DNA of 64,000 nucleotides, taken from IMG/VR virus record IMGVR_UViG_2869221657_000003, positions 20,732-84,731 of that record. One strand, 5' to 3'. The position numbers were made by a program, and so were the translations under genes. The stretch's first letter is position 1. The number at the start of each line of letters is the position of its first letter. The notes under the pieces are model-generated. The model worked only from the letters and a program-made list of their open reading frames with translations. It had not been told where the DNA came from and did not search any database. The DNA is from a virus. Taxonomy: Duplodnaviria; Caudoviricetes. Positions 9,444-19,106 of the stretch are shown here, piece after piece.

Positions 9444-10284
9444 GCGGGTATGTCACGAATGGCCCACATGTGAGCGCAAATACTACGCTAAAGGGTATTG
9501 CTTCTTTCACTACCAACGGATTAAGAACGGCGTGCCGTTCGACGCGCCCTATAACGTTAGGCCGAATAGGGCTGCTGAGCACGGGTTGCAGGGGTATCGC
9601 CGGGGATGCCGGTGCCCAGTTTGCGGTGAAGCAAAGTCAGCCCACAACCGAAAGCATTGGCACGGCCCCCGTCCCCGCGTAGTGGAGTTTGATTGCCAAT
9701 TCTGCGGCAAACGGGGCATTGCAGATAAACGGACCAGGGCTATGTTCTGCTCCCGCGCATGTTCCGCCAGGGCTGCCGCTTGGCAGATGGCCGGTCCCCG
9801 TCCGTTGGTTAAGTGGGTAGGCGACCCGCTGGCAGAAAAGAGGGCCAAGCTTAATACCCACTCGCGCGGCGACAAGGTGTTAATCGCCGGGTATTGCGTG
9901 ATCTGTGATGGCTCGTTCATCTATGCGAGCCGTTGGAGGCGGACCTGCTCGGACGAGTGCGCGGAGCGGTTAGAGGAAAATGGTAGGCGCGCGGCTCGCG
10001 CCCGCCGCCGCGCCCGTTTGAGGGACGCGTTTGTTTCGTCGGTATCTCCTATCGAAATATTCAAACGCGACCACTATTGGTGCTACTTGTGCAATAGGCG
10101 CACTAGCGATGATGCGAAGGTGCCTGATCCACTCGCGCCAACCATTGACCATGTGATTCCCCTTGCAAAGGGTGGGGCGCATGAACCCGGAAATTGTCGT
10201 ACCGCTTGCTTTGAATGCAACGTGCGTAAGGGCGACCGGGATGTTAACGAAATGCCGACTGGTGAATACCAGTTGGCGGGATAA
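9440..10284 (+). CDS. HNH endonuclease with N-terminal zinc fingers
   Basis: C-terminal CYLC...TIDHVIPLAKGGAHEPGNCRTACFECN. Confidence 0.9.
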
Positions 10285-10294
10285 GGAGTATTAG

Positions 10295-10672
10295 TTGGCT
10301 AACGTCGATATCAGGATTGAGGGCAACCTAACCGCCGATCCGGAACTGCGCGTTTTGGAATCCGGGGTGTCGGTCGCTCAGTTCTCGGTGGCGTCTACGC
10401 CGCGCGTCAAAAAGGGCGATGAGTGGGTTGACGGTGAAACCGTGTTCCTGCGCGTGTCTGTTTGGCGTGAGCTGGCTGAGGGTGTGACTGATCAGCTCCG
10501 TAAGGGCGATTCGGTGATTGTGGTCGGGAAGCTTAAGCAGCGTTCGTACACAAAGGACGGCGAAAAGAAGTCGGTCTTTGAGGTTGACGGCGAGTTCGTC
10601 GGTAAGAACATGCGGGCTAAGAAGAACCGCGAGGGTGGCGGCTATTCCGGTGGGGATAACTCCGGCTGGTAG
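10295..10672 (+). CDS. ssb: Single-stranded DNA-binding protein
   Basis: GNLTADPELR, FLRVSVWRELAE, KGDSVIVVGKLKQRSY. Confidence 0.95.
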   Translation: MANVDIRIEGNLTADPELRVLESGVSVAQFSVASTPRVKKGDEWVDGETVFLRVSVWRELAEGVTDQLRKGDSVIVVGKLKQRSYTKDGEKKSVFEVDGEFVGKNMRAKKNREGGGYSGGDNSGW

Positions 10673-10701
10673 GTCGCTTAACCGCTACGAAAGGTTGCTT
10701 T

Positions 10702-10920
10702 GTGTCTCACGAAAAGACTTCTGTTGTGCTGCGCAAAATTGACCGGGCGGCGAAAGTGCGGGGGATGACCTTCGTCTTTCGCCGTCCTGGCGGTAATCAC
10801 AGCATTTATGACTTAGACGGCCATATGGTCACGATCCCCAATGGGTCGAAGGTGACGCGTGTGGAGTGTGTTTACCAGCAGTTGCAGGACAAGTTAGGGC
10901 GGGGTTGGTGGCGTGAGTAA
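10702..10920 (+). CDS. HicA-like (dsRBD-fold) protein
   Basis: 72 aa; GGNHSIY...VTIP matches the HicA G-x-H hairpin. Confidence 0.65.
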   Translation: MSHEKTSVVLRKIDRAAKVRGMTFVFRRPGGNHSIYDLDGHMVTIPNGSKVTRVECVYQQLQDKLGRGWWRE

Positions 10921-11326
10921 ACGGATATTGGTAACTGGTTCGCGGGACTGGTCAAATTGGGAACTGTTGCACTTAGCGCTTTACGCGCAAACCAAGCATT
11001 TCGAGGACGCGATTATCGTCCACGGGTGCGCGCCTGGCGCTGACACTATTGCCCGCCGGTATGCGGGTGGCCGGGTCGGCGTCACAGCGGAGGGCCACCC
11101 GGCGGAATGGGATAAACCGTGCGGCACCGGCTGCTATCACAGGCCGCGCTTTAAGAACGGTAAGCCTTATTGCCCGCTGCAAGGCCACTTCCGTAATCAG
11201 CTGATGGTGGATCTTGGCGCGGATTTGTGCCTGGCTTTCCCGTTGGGGGAGTCGCGTGGCACTAGGGATTGTATGAAGCGGGCTGAGCGTGCCGGTATCC
11301 GCGTGATCAATTACGGAGATGACTAG
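10913..11326 (+). CDS. SLOG-superfamily (DUF2493 / YspA-like) protein
   Basis: RILVTGSRDW, VHGCAPGAD, RNQLMV, LAFP...GT motifs. Confidence 0.8.
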   Translation: MSKRILVTGSRDWSNWELLHLALYAQTKHFEDAIIVHGCAPGADTIARRYAGGRVGVTAEGHPAEWDKPCGTGCYHRPRFKNGKPYCPLQGHFRNQLMVDLGADLCLAFPLGESRGTRDCMKRAERAGIRVINYGDD

Positions 11327-11554
11327 ATGAGTGTTCTGCATTACCAGGGCCGGGTGAGCCCGCCCCACGATGAGCTACTTGGCCCCGACAAGTTTGGTGC
11401 CTATTACGCGCCTGTAGCTGACTCGTATGACCCTGTGGCGGATGTGACGGCGGTGACTGTGCGCCCGGCGCTGAAAGAGGCGCGAGAGGCGCACGTAGAC
11501 CGCCGCAAAGAGCGGGTGCTGATCTTGGACCGGATTCGGCGGCTGTTCCTGTGA
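11327..11554 (+). CDS. Hypothetical protein
   Basis: Coupled ORF. Confidence 0.55.
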   Translation: MSVLHYQGRVSPPHDELLGPDKFGAYYAPVADSYDPVADVTAVTVRPALKEAREAHVDRRKERVLILDRIRRLFL

Positions 11555-11594
11555 CAGCTGCGGCATGGATTGAGAAATTGGATCGGGAGATAGA

Positions 11595-12872
11595 GTGAGT
11601 TTCGACATTCCGGAGAACGTTAACTACGCGGCAACCATCGTTAAGGTGCCCGAACCGCTGCGCGTGGTCGGCTTGGACAACCTGGTTGCCATTCCGCTGT
11701 TCGGGTTTCAGTCGCTAACCCAAAAGGCTGACATTAAGGCCGGGGACCTCCGGGTGTTGTTCACTGCGGAGACGCAGCTTGATACTGAGTACGCGGCGGA
11801 AAACAACCTGTTCCGTGAGGCGACCCTGAACCGGGACGCCAACGAGACGGGCTACCTTGAGCCTAACGCCCGCGTTAAGGCGATCCGGCTGCGGAAGAAC
11901 AACAGCAATGCGCTGCTTATGCCGCTGTCGTCGCTGGCCTACACCGGCTATGACGTGTCGACGCTGCAACCGGGTGACACCTTCGACAAGCTGAACGGTC
12001 ACACGATCTGCCGTAAGTACGTGGTGCCGGGTAAGGCCGTGCAGGGTTTGCCTAAGGGTCCGAAGATTCGTTCGCGGGTTGACCAGAACATTTTCAAGAT
12101 GCATCTGGACACCGAGCAGCTGTTTAGGAATCTGCATCACTTCCGTGATCCTAAGTTCGTCGTGGTCACGCAGAAGTTGCATGGGACCAGCTGGCGCGGC
12201 GGTAACGTGCCGGAGCTGCGTGACAAGGGGCGGCTTGAGCGGTTCGTTAACAAGTGGCTGAAGATTTCCACGCCGGATACCCACTACAAGCACAACTTCG
12301 GGTCACGGCGGGTCATTAAGGGCCGTCCGGACAATAACCACTTCTACGACACCGACCTGTGGACCGAATACGGTAAGAAGCTTGACGGGATGATCCCTAA
12401 GAACTTCATCGTGTACGGCGAGCTGATCGGTTGGGTGGACGAGCGCAAGCCGATTCAGGCGGGTTACACCTACAACCTGAAGCCGGGTGCGTGCGAGCTT
12501 TACGTGTACCGGGTGGCGACGGTTAACGAAGACGGCATCATGGCCGATCTGTCGTGGGCTGGCGTTAAGGACTTCTGTGCGACGTTGGGGCTCAAGCATG
12601 TGCCGGAGCTTTGGTCGGGTTGGGTGATTACCGACGCGGACTTTGAGCACAACTTTGTCGAGCGCTGGTCGTCGCTGTATCTGGACACCCGCTACACGGA
12701 TAACCACGATAACGCGGTTCCGCTTAGCGATCCCAAGTCGGTGGACGAGGGTATCTGCGTGCGTATCGAGGGCCAGATTCCACGGGTGCTCAAGGCAAAG
12801 AGTCCGAAGTTCTTTGAGTACGAGACTAAGCAGTTGGACACTAACGAATTGAATATGGAGGATGCTGCGTGA
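11595..12872 (+). CDS. ATP-dependent RNA ligase (DRB0094 / Rnl3-like, probable N-terminal OB module)
   Basis: Motif I QKLHGTS, IVYGELIG, ELYVYRV, EGIC, LKAKS. Confidence 0.8.
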   Translation: MSFDIPENVNYAATIVKVPEPLRVVGLDNLVAIPLFGFQSLTQKADIKAGDLRVLFTAETQLDTEYAAENNLFREATLNRDANETGYLEPNARVKAIRLRKNNSNALLMPLSSLAYTGYDVSTLQPGDTFDKLNGHTICRKYVVPGKAVQGLPKGPKIRSRVDQNIFKMHLDTEQLFRNLHHFRDPKFVVVTQKLHGTSWRGGNVPELRDKGRLERFVNKWLKISTPDTHYKHNFGSRRVIKGRPDNNHFYDTDLWTEYGKKLDGMIPKNFIVYGELIGWVDERKPIQAGYTYNLKPGACELYVYRVATVNEDGIMADLSWAGVKDFCATLGLKHVPELWSGWVITDADFEHNFVERWSSLYLDTRYTDNHDNAVPLSDPKSVDEGICVRIEGQIPRVLKAKSPKFFEYETKQLDTNELNMEDAA

Positions 12873-13531
12873 CGCTGACTACCGAGGAATTTCGGGAGGC
12901 TTACCGGGCTGAGAAGCTTGGGCAGCTGCGGGCTGAGCGTGAGTTGGCTGAGCTGCGGACCGCTCAGGCTTTGCGCGAGGAGCGCCATTTCAACGCGACC
13001 GACGATATGGTGCGCCAGCACTATTTCATCGGTGCCGTGGATAGCGCGCACGTCAGCGCTTGCGCGCAGCACCTTGCATTCTGGGACCGTATCGACCCGA
13101 CGTGCGACATGAATGTCGAGATTCATTCGGGCGGCGGCTCTTGCTTGGCGGGCTTGAACCTGTTTGACACGCTGACCCGCTATTCGTTGCGGGGCGGCGG
13201 CAAGCACAAGCTGACTATCACTGTGCGTGGGTTGGCGGCGTCTATGGCGACGGTCTTGGTCCAGGCGGCGGATGAGCGCGTTATTGGCCCGGAGTCGTTC
13301 TTTATGGTTCACGAATTGTCCGGTCAGACGGCGGGCAAGATCGGTGAGCTTGAGGACACGATGGCTTACTACCGGAAGATGAACACCCGTATCGGCGAAA
13401 TCTATGTCGAGCGGTCTAACGGTAAATGCACTCCGGAGCAGTTCACAAAGTTGTGGACTCGGCAGGATGTGTGGCTGAACGCTCAGGAGGCGTTTGGTTT
13501 TGGTTTTGTGGATCGGATTGAGGGGGCTTAA
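12869..13531 (+). CDS. ClpP-like serine peptidase
   Basis: IHSGGGS, GLAASMA (Ser), FMVHE (His), QDVWL (Asp). Confidence 0.88.
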   Translation: MTLTTEEFREAYRAEKLGQLRAERELAELRTAQALREERHFNATDDMVRQHYFIGAVDSAHVSACAQHLAFWDRIDPTCDMNVEIHSGGGSCLAGLNLFDTLTRYSLRGGGKHKLTITVRGLAASMATVLVQAADERVIGPESFFMVHELSGQTAGKIGELEDTMAYYRKMNTRIGEIYVERSNGKCTPEQFTKLWTRQDVWLNAQEAFGFGFVDRIEGA

Positions 13532-13534
13532 GTA

Positions 13535-14038
13535 ATGGTGGATTGGGATTTCTCGGGGGTTGGCGCTAAGGCCCCCACGTTGCGGCCTGAGCGGGAGCCG
13601 GTCACTCCCGGCGTCAGTAAGGTGCAGGCGGTTAAGGCTCTGCGGGCCGAGTTCCCGAATCTGGGCCTTAAAGAGGCGGTCGACATTGTTGACGGTAAGG
13701 CTGCCCGTCCGGATGATCCCGAGGTTCAGTTGATTGAGCTGACTGACACCGAGCGCCGGGTGGCGGTCAAGGCGCTGTCCAGGGTCACCCTTAACCCTGA
13801 CGCCAAGGTTGACTTGATCGTGGACGCGATCAATAAGGTGCGTACCAGCGACCCGGAGGGCACCGTCCGTAAGTCGGTGGCCGGTCAGTACGCGTTCGCA
13901 GTCTCGCCGGGCACCTACCTGATCATCGAGACGGGCGACAACCCGCGCTACAAGTCCGCTAGCGAGCCTGAGGCGCGCGATATCAAGCGCTTTTGGTCGC
14001 GGGTTACCCCAGCCTCGTTTATGAGCCGTGGCGGGTAG
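13535..14038 (+). CDS. Protein with a ribosomal L7/L12 C-terminal-like motif
   Basis: KVQAVKALRAEFPNLGLKEAVDIVD resembles the bL12 CTD consensus KI-xIK-xR-xxxLGLKEAK-xVD. Confidence 0.65.
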   Translation: MVDWDFSGVGAKAPTLRPEREPVTPGVSKVQAVKALRAEFPNLGLKEAVDIVDGKAARPDDPEVQLIELTDTERRVAVKALSRVTLNPDAKVDLIVDAINKVRTSDPEGTVRKSVAGQYAFAVSPGTYLIIETGDNPRYKSASEPEARDIKRFWSRVTPASFMSRGG

Positions 14039-14378
14039 CTGGCCCTGGCCCGAAGACACTAAGGACGACCGGCTGCGCCGGATCATTGATCACTACCGGG
14101 ACGCGCTCGCTGATATCGACCTAGAAGCGTGCTTAGGGGTCGACAAGCTGATGGTTGATTACGGTCAGCCGTGGGTGTGTGACAACACGGTGGTGGACGT
14201 TAACGCGATGGTCCCGGCCCGGTGGTTCTTTGAGAAGTACGGCATCCCGGAGTGGAATATTCGGGATTGGTCGCGGCGGCATCCGGAGCGCATTCGGAAG
14301 CACAAGGCTGCGAATGGTCGGACTTTGTTTCGGGTGGGGGATGTCCTGACGTACAACGCCACAAAGGGTAGCCAATGA
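14028..14378 (+). CDS. Hypothetical protein with a C-terminal HTH-like region
   Basis: IRDWSRR...GRTLFRVGDV resembles a MerR/excisionase-type wing. Confidence 0.55.
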   Translation: MAGSWPWPEDTKDDRLRRIIDHYRDALADIDLEACLGVDKLMVDYGQPWVCDNTVVDVNAMVPARWFFEKYGIPEWNIRDWSRRHPERIRKHKAANGRTLFRVGDVLTYNATKGSQ

Positions 14379-14580
14379 AAATGATGGTTCAGGTTCTAAA
14401 CGTGCCCGACATGGATTGCTTAGAGCAAGCGGAGCTATTGGTGGAGCTTCGCCAGTCGGTTATCGACAAGATGCAGCAGAAAGGCCATCCGTTTGGCTCG
14501 GGCTATTCGGTGTGGGCTTTCTATGACGACTAGCGCTGTAGTTCTTTTGTAAGCGTGCTAATGTTTTTGTAGGGAGAACT

Positions 14581-15000
14581 ATGTCTTGGCTGCCCTTATC
14601 TGGTGCCGATGGGTTCTTTATCAGCGATCAGGGGAAGTTCAAATCTCCGACTGGCCGCATCTTGAGCGAGTTCACCATTAACGGCTCCACGCGGGCCGTC
14701 AAGGTTCGCAAAAAGACGGTTCAGGTACATCTGGCGGTGCTGACCACGTTTGTCGGTCCACGGCCCCCTGGGGGCGTTCCCTGGTGGTCGAATGGCGACC
14801 CTACGGACAACCGGCTGGTGAATCTGAAGTGGCATGTGCCGAACAGTGATGAGGCTGAGGTTTTGGTGCGGGTGAATCGCTGCCGGAACGGTCATGTCTA
14901 TTCGCGGGAGAACACGAAACATTGGGGCACCGGTCACCGGATTTGTTTGGACTGTGAAAAGGGCCATCCCCCGGTGACGCAACTTCCAGAGGTTCTGTAA
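14581..15000 (+). CDS. NUMOD4 / HNH_3-like protein, probably catalytically degenerate
   Basis: VHLAV...NGDPTDNRLVNLKW lacks the His expected before NGD; C-terminal CRNGH...CLDC. Confidence 0.65.
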   Translation: MSWLPLSGADGFFISDQGKFKSPTGRILSEFTINGSTRAVKVRKKTVQVHLAVLTTFVGPRPPGGVPWWSNGDPTDNRLVNLKWHVPNSDEAEVLVRVNRCRNGHVYSRENTKHWGTGHRICLDCEKGHPPVTQLPEVL

Positions 15001-15144
15001 AGAGGATTAGCGCGCCCGGTAAGGCTGGCTTTTAAACCGGAAGTCCTTATCGGTTCTGGCTGCGCTAGGGCGGTGCTCTCGGACGGCTGGCCTGAACGGG
15101 ACGGCTCTATCAGGGAGCACCGCCTTACTTACTTAGGGGGTGCA

Positions 15145-15414
15145 TTGAAGCCGTCCGACATCGCGTGGCTCGCACTCACTGGCGGGATCATCGCCTATGA
15201 GATTGCGTGTCCGCCGGGGGAGCTTCTTAGCGAAGGTTGGGACAGATACGTAGAGAGTCACCCGATCCTGGCGCGCGCTGTGCCGGTGATCGTGGCTCTG
15301 CATTTAATCAACGCACTTCCGGGTGGTTTAGACCCGTTTGTGGCGGTTGGGAGAATTTATCTTGACTGGTTTGGAGCTAGTTTCCGCCGTAATGCTTTTT
15401 ATCGGCGGCGTTAA
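15145..15414 (+). CDS. Small membrane protein
   Basis: Two hydrophobic segments; TTG start after a G-rich RBS. Confidence 0.55.
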   Translation: MKPSDIAWLALTGGIIAYEIACPPGELLSEGWDRYVESHPILARAVPVIVALHLINALPGGLDPFVAVGRIYLDWFGASFRRNAFYRRR

Positions 15415-15760
15415 CGGTACACCGTATATCTCGGGTGGCAATTCCCCGGCGGGTACTGATTGTAGTGGTTTAGCGTCGTGGGTTTCCAACATTGCTGTTG
15501 GCCGCGATCCGTTTAGCGGCAGGTTTGACACTCATAGTGAGGCGGCGGCTCTTAGGGAGCGTGGCTTTGTTGATGGGGATAAGCCTGGTGCTTTGGTGAT
15601 CGGTTGGAACTCTAAGCACACGGCGGTCACGTTGCCGGATGGCACAAACATTTCCTCAGGTGAACGTGGCGGCGTTGCGGTTGGTGGCGGGGGAGCTTAC
15701 CAGGCGCAGTTTACGCACCACATGTATTTGCCGGGGTCGGAGGAACGGGGAATTGACTAA
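15362..15760 (+). CDS. NlpC/P60-like cysteine peptidase with a hydrophobic N-terminus
   Basis: GTPYISGG...DCSGL...HTA. Confidence 0.7.
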   Translation: MTGLELVSAVMLFIGGVNGTPYISGGNSPAGTDCSGLASWVSNIAVGRDPFSGRFDTHSEAAALRERGFVDGDKPGALVIGWNSKHTAVTLPDGTNISSGERGGVAVGGGGAYQAQFTHHMYLPGSEERGID

Positions 15761-16139
15761 GGAAACGGTCTGCCAAGAGGCTGAGCGGATTATCAACGGG
15801 CAGCGTCAGCAGGACTATGGCGATACCGCGCAGAACTGGAACCGGATTGCTGAGCTTTGGTCGGCGTATCTAGGTACGAAGATTTCCGCGTTGGATGCGA
15901 TTAACTTGCTGCTGCTGATGAAGGTGTCGCGCGCTAAGCGTGGTTATCACCGGGATTCGTATGTGGACACTGCGGGCTATGCGGGCCTTGCTGAAAAGAT
16001 TAATTCGGCTGAGCAGCCAAAGGCGCAGGCGGTGCTGCCCAGTATCCACGACACTCACGTTTACACCGGCCCTATGGGCGCGGGTCTGGTCACCGATCAC
16101 ATGAAGGCTATGGCCGCTGGGCCAAAGGCGTTCGCGTGA
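15753..16139 (+). CDS. DUF6378-like phage protein
   Basis: RQQDYGD...RIAELWSAYL...MKVSR...DSYVDTAGYA. Confidence 0.75.
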   Translation: MTKETVCQEAERIINGQRQQDYGDTAQNWNRIAELWSAYLGTKISALDAINLLLLMKVSRAKRGYHRDSYVDTAGYAGLAEKINSAEQPKAQAVLPSIHDTHVYTGPMGAGLVTDHMKAMAAGPKAFA

Positions 16140-16921
16140 GCGCCAAGGTCCTAATCCTTGACATTGAGACGCAGCGCGCCATTGTCGAGACGTTCGGCCT
16201 GTTTAAGCAGTTCATTGGCATTGACCAGGTGCAGACCCCTACGCGGGTGTTGTGCTTCGCCGCTAAGTGGCGTGACGACGACAAGGTGATCTTCAAGGCC
16301 GCTTGGGCGGACTATGACGACGATGCTTACCGGCGCATGATGCAAGCCGCTTTCGACCTGCTGAATGAAGCCGATATCGTGGTCACTTGGAATGGTGACC
16401 GGTTCGACCTGCAATGGTTTGAAGCCGAGTTCATTCGCCTGGGTCTGGGCCGCCCGCTTCCGTACAAGTCGATTGACTTGATTAAGACTGTTAGGCGCTG
16501 GTTTAAGGGTGGGCTTATGTCCATGAAACTTGACTGGTCGTCTCGCATGATCCTTAAGGATCGCAAGGTTCATCACGGCGGGTCCGATCTTTGGTGGGAT
16601 ATCCGGCATGGGACGCGGGCTGAGCAGCGCGCGGCGCAGAAGCTTATGCGTGAGTACAACGAACATGATGTGGTTTTGACCGGTCGTTTGTTTGAACAGC
16701 ATTTGCCGTGGTTGACGAACCTGAATTTGGCTTTGTATGAGGACACCGTTGATGACGGTGAGTTGCATTGCACTAAGTGCAATGGCACGAACTTGAAGAA
16801 AGACGGCGTTAAGGCGTATGTCACTGCTGCGGGTGTCTATCAGATGCATCGTTGTAATGACTGTGGCGCGACTTCGCGCGGTAAGCGTATTCGGAGCACT
16901 ACTGAATTGAGGTCGGTGTGA
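16136..16921 (+). CDS. DEDD / RNase H-like 3'-5' exonuclease with a C-terminal zinc ribbon
   Basis: LDIET, TWNGDRFD, YNEHDV, CTKC...CNDC. Confidence 0.85.
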   Translation: MSAKVLILDIETQRAIVETFGLFKQFIGIDQVQTPTRVLCFAAKWRDDDKVIFKAAWADYDDDAYRRMMQAAFDLLNEADIVVTWNGDRFDLQWFEAEFIRLGLGRPLPYKSIDLIKTVRRWFKGGLMSMKLDWSSRMILKDRKVHHGGSDLWWDIRHGTRAEQRAAQKLMREYNEHDVVLTGRLFEQHLPWLTNLNLALYEDTVDDGELHCTKCNGTNLKKDGVKAYVTAAGVYQMHRCNDCGATSRGKRIRSTTELRSV

Positions 16922-17211
16922 GTTCATGGGCATTGCCAGCTGATCCGTTGGCTAAGCCGAAGTGGAGTGGCGTTATTTACGCTAAGAATCATCCTGAGGG
17001 GGGCCGTATCCGTGAGGGGTTCGGCCTTGACGGGTGGTTGGTGACTACGCCTCGCGGCGGTAAGCATTTCGGTCGCGGGTTTGCGCCGGGTTCGATTGCA
17101 CCGCGTCTGCTGCTAGTGGGAGACATTGATGTCTCCAAGGATTCGCTGCAAGCGTTGACCGTTCTTTGGTCCGACACGATGGTAACTGTTGGGCGGATCG
17201 GCACTGCGTAA
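16918..17211 (+). CDS. Hypothetical protein
   Basis: Coupled ORF. Confidence 0.5.
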   Translation: MSSWALPADPLAKPKWSGVIYAKNHPEGGRIREGFGLDGWLVTTPRGGKHFGRGFAPGSIAPRLLLVGDIDVSKDSLQALTVLWSDTMVTVGRIGTA

Positions 17212-17480
17212 TGAGCCAGAAGTTCGCTGTCTTAGCGGGGTCACTGGAGCGCGCTAAGGCGCTGTTCCGCGAGTTCGGCTGGGAGCAGGGTCACGATAGG
17301 GCTTTCGGGCGGTCTAAGTGGGGCGTGGATATTCGTGGGCAGAGGTTCGATTTGCTGCTGATTGATGAGACCGCACTGCCGCTCGATGGCGATACGTTTG
17401 CCGCGTGCCGCGCGGCGGTCTGTGGTGGAAACGCTTATGTGTTGCGGACTGTTCAGCCTGGGGATTTAGTGGGGAGATAA
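17211..17480 (+). CDS. Hypothetical protein
   Basis: Coupled ORF (TAATG). Confidence 0.55.
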   Translation: MSQKFAVLAGSLERAKALFREFGWEQGHDRAFGRSKWGVDIRGQRFDLLLIDETALPLDGDTFAACRAAVCGGNAYVLRTVQPGDLVGR

Positions 17481-17836
17481 AAGAGATGAAGCCTGTTGCG
17501 CGGCCTAATGTGATGCGCCAAATGATTTTGGGTGCTCTGCTCGATAATAAGCAGGTGTTTGTTCCGCCTGCCGATAAGGACTCGGGATTGCCAGGGTCTT
17601 GGCGTCCTACTTTGGCTAACAATGTATCTGCTTTGAATGTGGATCGCATGGCCCGTCGTTGGATTAAGTAATGGGTAAGCCTGGGGATACTTCGCCGGGG
17701 CTTGCTGCGGCGGCCGGTTTCGGCATTGTGAGTGCTGGGCTTGAGTATGCGCGCGCTAAGGGCGATGATCCTGGGCTTATTGATGAGCTTGAAGGTGTTC
17801 TGCTTATTCATGCTCGGCGGCTTGTGGATTTGGACG

Positions 17837-18058
17837 ATGAGTAGGGACGCTGCGCGGGCTCGGCAAGAGTTGCGCCGTTCTAACGCGGCTGTCCCGCACC
17901 GTAACCGTTATCGAGAGGCTAAGGCTGGCTTGATCACGCCTGGTGGGAATCCGGTTTGCCTTGTTTGTGGCGATTGGTATGGCCCGCCTTGGCGGCATGA
18001 TTGCGAGGTTGACGATGCCGGGGAACCTCCGGAAGAAAGGTGCAACGGGCAAGACTGA
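17837..18058 (+). CDS. Hypothetical protein with a CxxC motif
   Basis: ATG at 17837; CLVC...HDC. Confidence 0.45.
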   Translation: MSRDAARARQELRRSNAAVPHRNRYREAKAGLITPGGNPVCLVCGDWYGPPWRHDCEVDDAGEPPEERCNGQD

Positions 18059-18434
18059 GGCCGACTACCTGAGGGCTCGTCGCCGGGTGCTGCGTGAGTC
18101 GCAGATTTGCGCGTACCCGCCGTGCCGTAAGGCTATTGACCTGAACTTGAAGCCGATTTGTCAGTTCGTTGATACGTCACTGTTCACGGTTGAGACTGCG
18201 CATTTGATTCCGCTTACTTGTGGTGATGATTGCCGCAAGTTGAAGCACGCTCGTAAGTCTAATCCGTGGGGACCTTCGGCTAACCACAAAGTTCCGGTGT
18301 CTTCGTTGCCGCCGGATTCACCTTTGCTCGCCTCTGCTAAGAATCTTGAGCCTATGCATTTGAAGTGCAATAAGGATTTGGGGGATGGCGGCGTTACGCC
18401 TAGACATAAAACCTCTAGAGATTGGTTTGCATGA
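18015..18434 (+). CDS. HNH endonuclease, terminase-associated type
   Basis: YLRARRRVLRESQIC...C...SANHKVP...NLEPMHLKCN. Confidence 0.7.
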   Translation: MPGNLRKKGATGKTEADYLRARRRVLRESQICAYPPCRKAIDLNLKPICQFVDTSLFTVETAHLIPLTCGDDCRKLKHARKSNPWGPSANHKVPVSSLPPDSPLLASAKNLEPMHLKCNKDLGDGGVTPRHKTSRDWFA

Positions 18435-18655
18435 TGTCTGATATCGCTCCGGATGATAAGGGGAACATCCTTGTCGGTGAGCTTCGGATCATTCAGTACG
18501 TTGACCCGGATGGGAATCTGAATACGGTGGATTTCTCGCAGGGGCATGGCGGTGCTGAGCTTACGGAGGATCAGTATTCCAAGCTGATTGATTGGGCGCA
18601 CGCGTTCAATTTGGCTCCTAAGGTGGCCGCGATTCTTGCGGGGTCTAGTGACTAG
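18431..18655 (+). CDS. Hypothetical protein
   Basis: ATGA-coupled ORF. Confidence 0.55.
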   Translation: MMSDIAPDDKGNILVGELRIIQYVDPDGNLNTVDFSQGHGGAELTEDQYSKLIDWAHAFNLAPKVAAILAGSSD

Positions 18656-18753
18656 CGAGGTTTATCAGTCTGAGGTTGAGTGCCGTTGTATGGATTGTGA
18701 CGACATGATTCGTTTGGGTGATGAGGTTGTGGAGTTCGCGGGGGAGATGTTCC

Positions 18754-19098
18754 ATGCCGAGTGTGTTTAGTGAGCCTTTGCCGTCTGTGACGGAGAGTGA
18801 GCGTGCCAATGAGTTCATTGGGTGGGCTTACGAGGGCGGCTTTGACACCGCGCTTGAGATGTACCGCGAGCGCTATGGGGATGCACCGAACTATGCGGTG
18901 GACTCGCCGGATGGGGGGCACCTGGCGGCGATGACGTGGCTCAAGCGGGCTGTAGAGCTGCTGGAGGCTCGGGAAGCTGAGAAGCGCCGCACACCGTGCG
19001 CTAGTCCGACTGTGCGCCGCCAGGATGGCTGGAATGCGCCAGCGAGCACGCCGCGCAAGTTGTGCAGCGAGCCGATTGGGCTGCATGTCCGCGCCTGA
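18754..19098 (+). CDS. Hypothetical protein
   Basis: ORF immediately before the tRNA array. Confidence 0.5.
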   Translation: MPSVFSEPLPSVTESERANEFIGWAYEGGFDTALEMYRERYGDAPNYAVDSPDGGHLAAMTWLKRAVELLEAREAEKRRTPCASPTVRRQDGWNAPASTPRKLCSEPIGLHVRA

Positions 19099-19106
19099 GT
19101 TTGTTA

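Noticed and set aside
12869-13531. ClpP as the prohead maturation protease
   Set aside because: It lies ~20 kb from the head module, among early genes.
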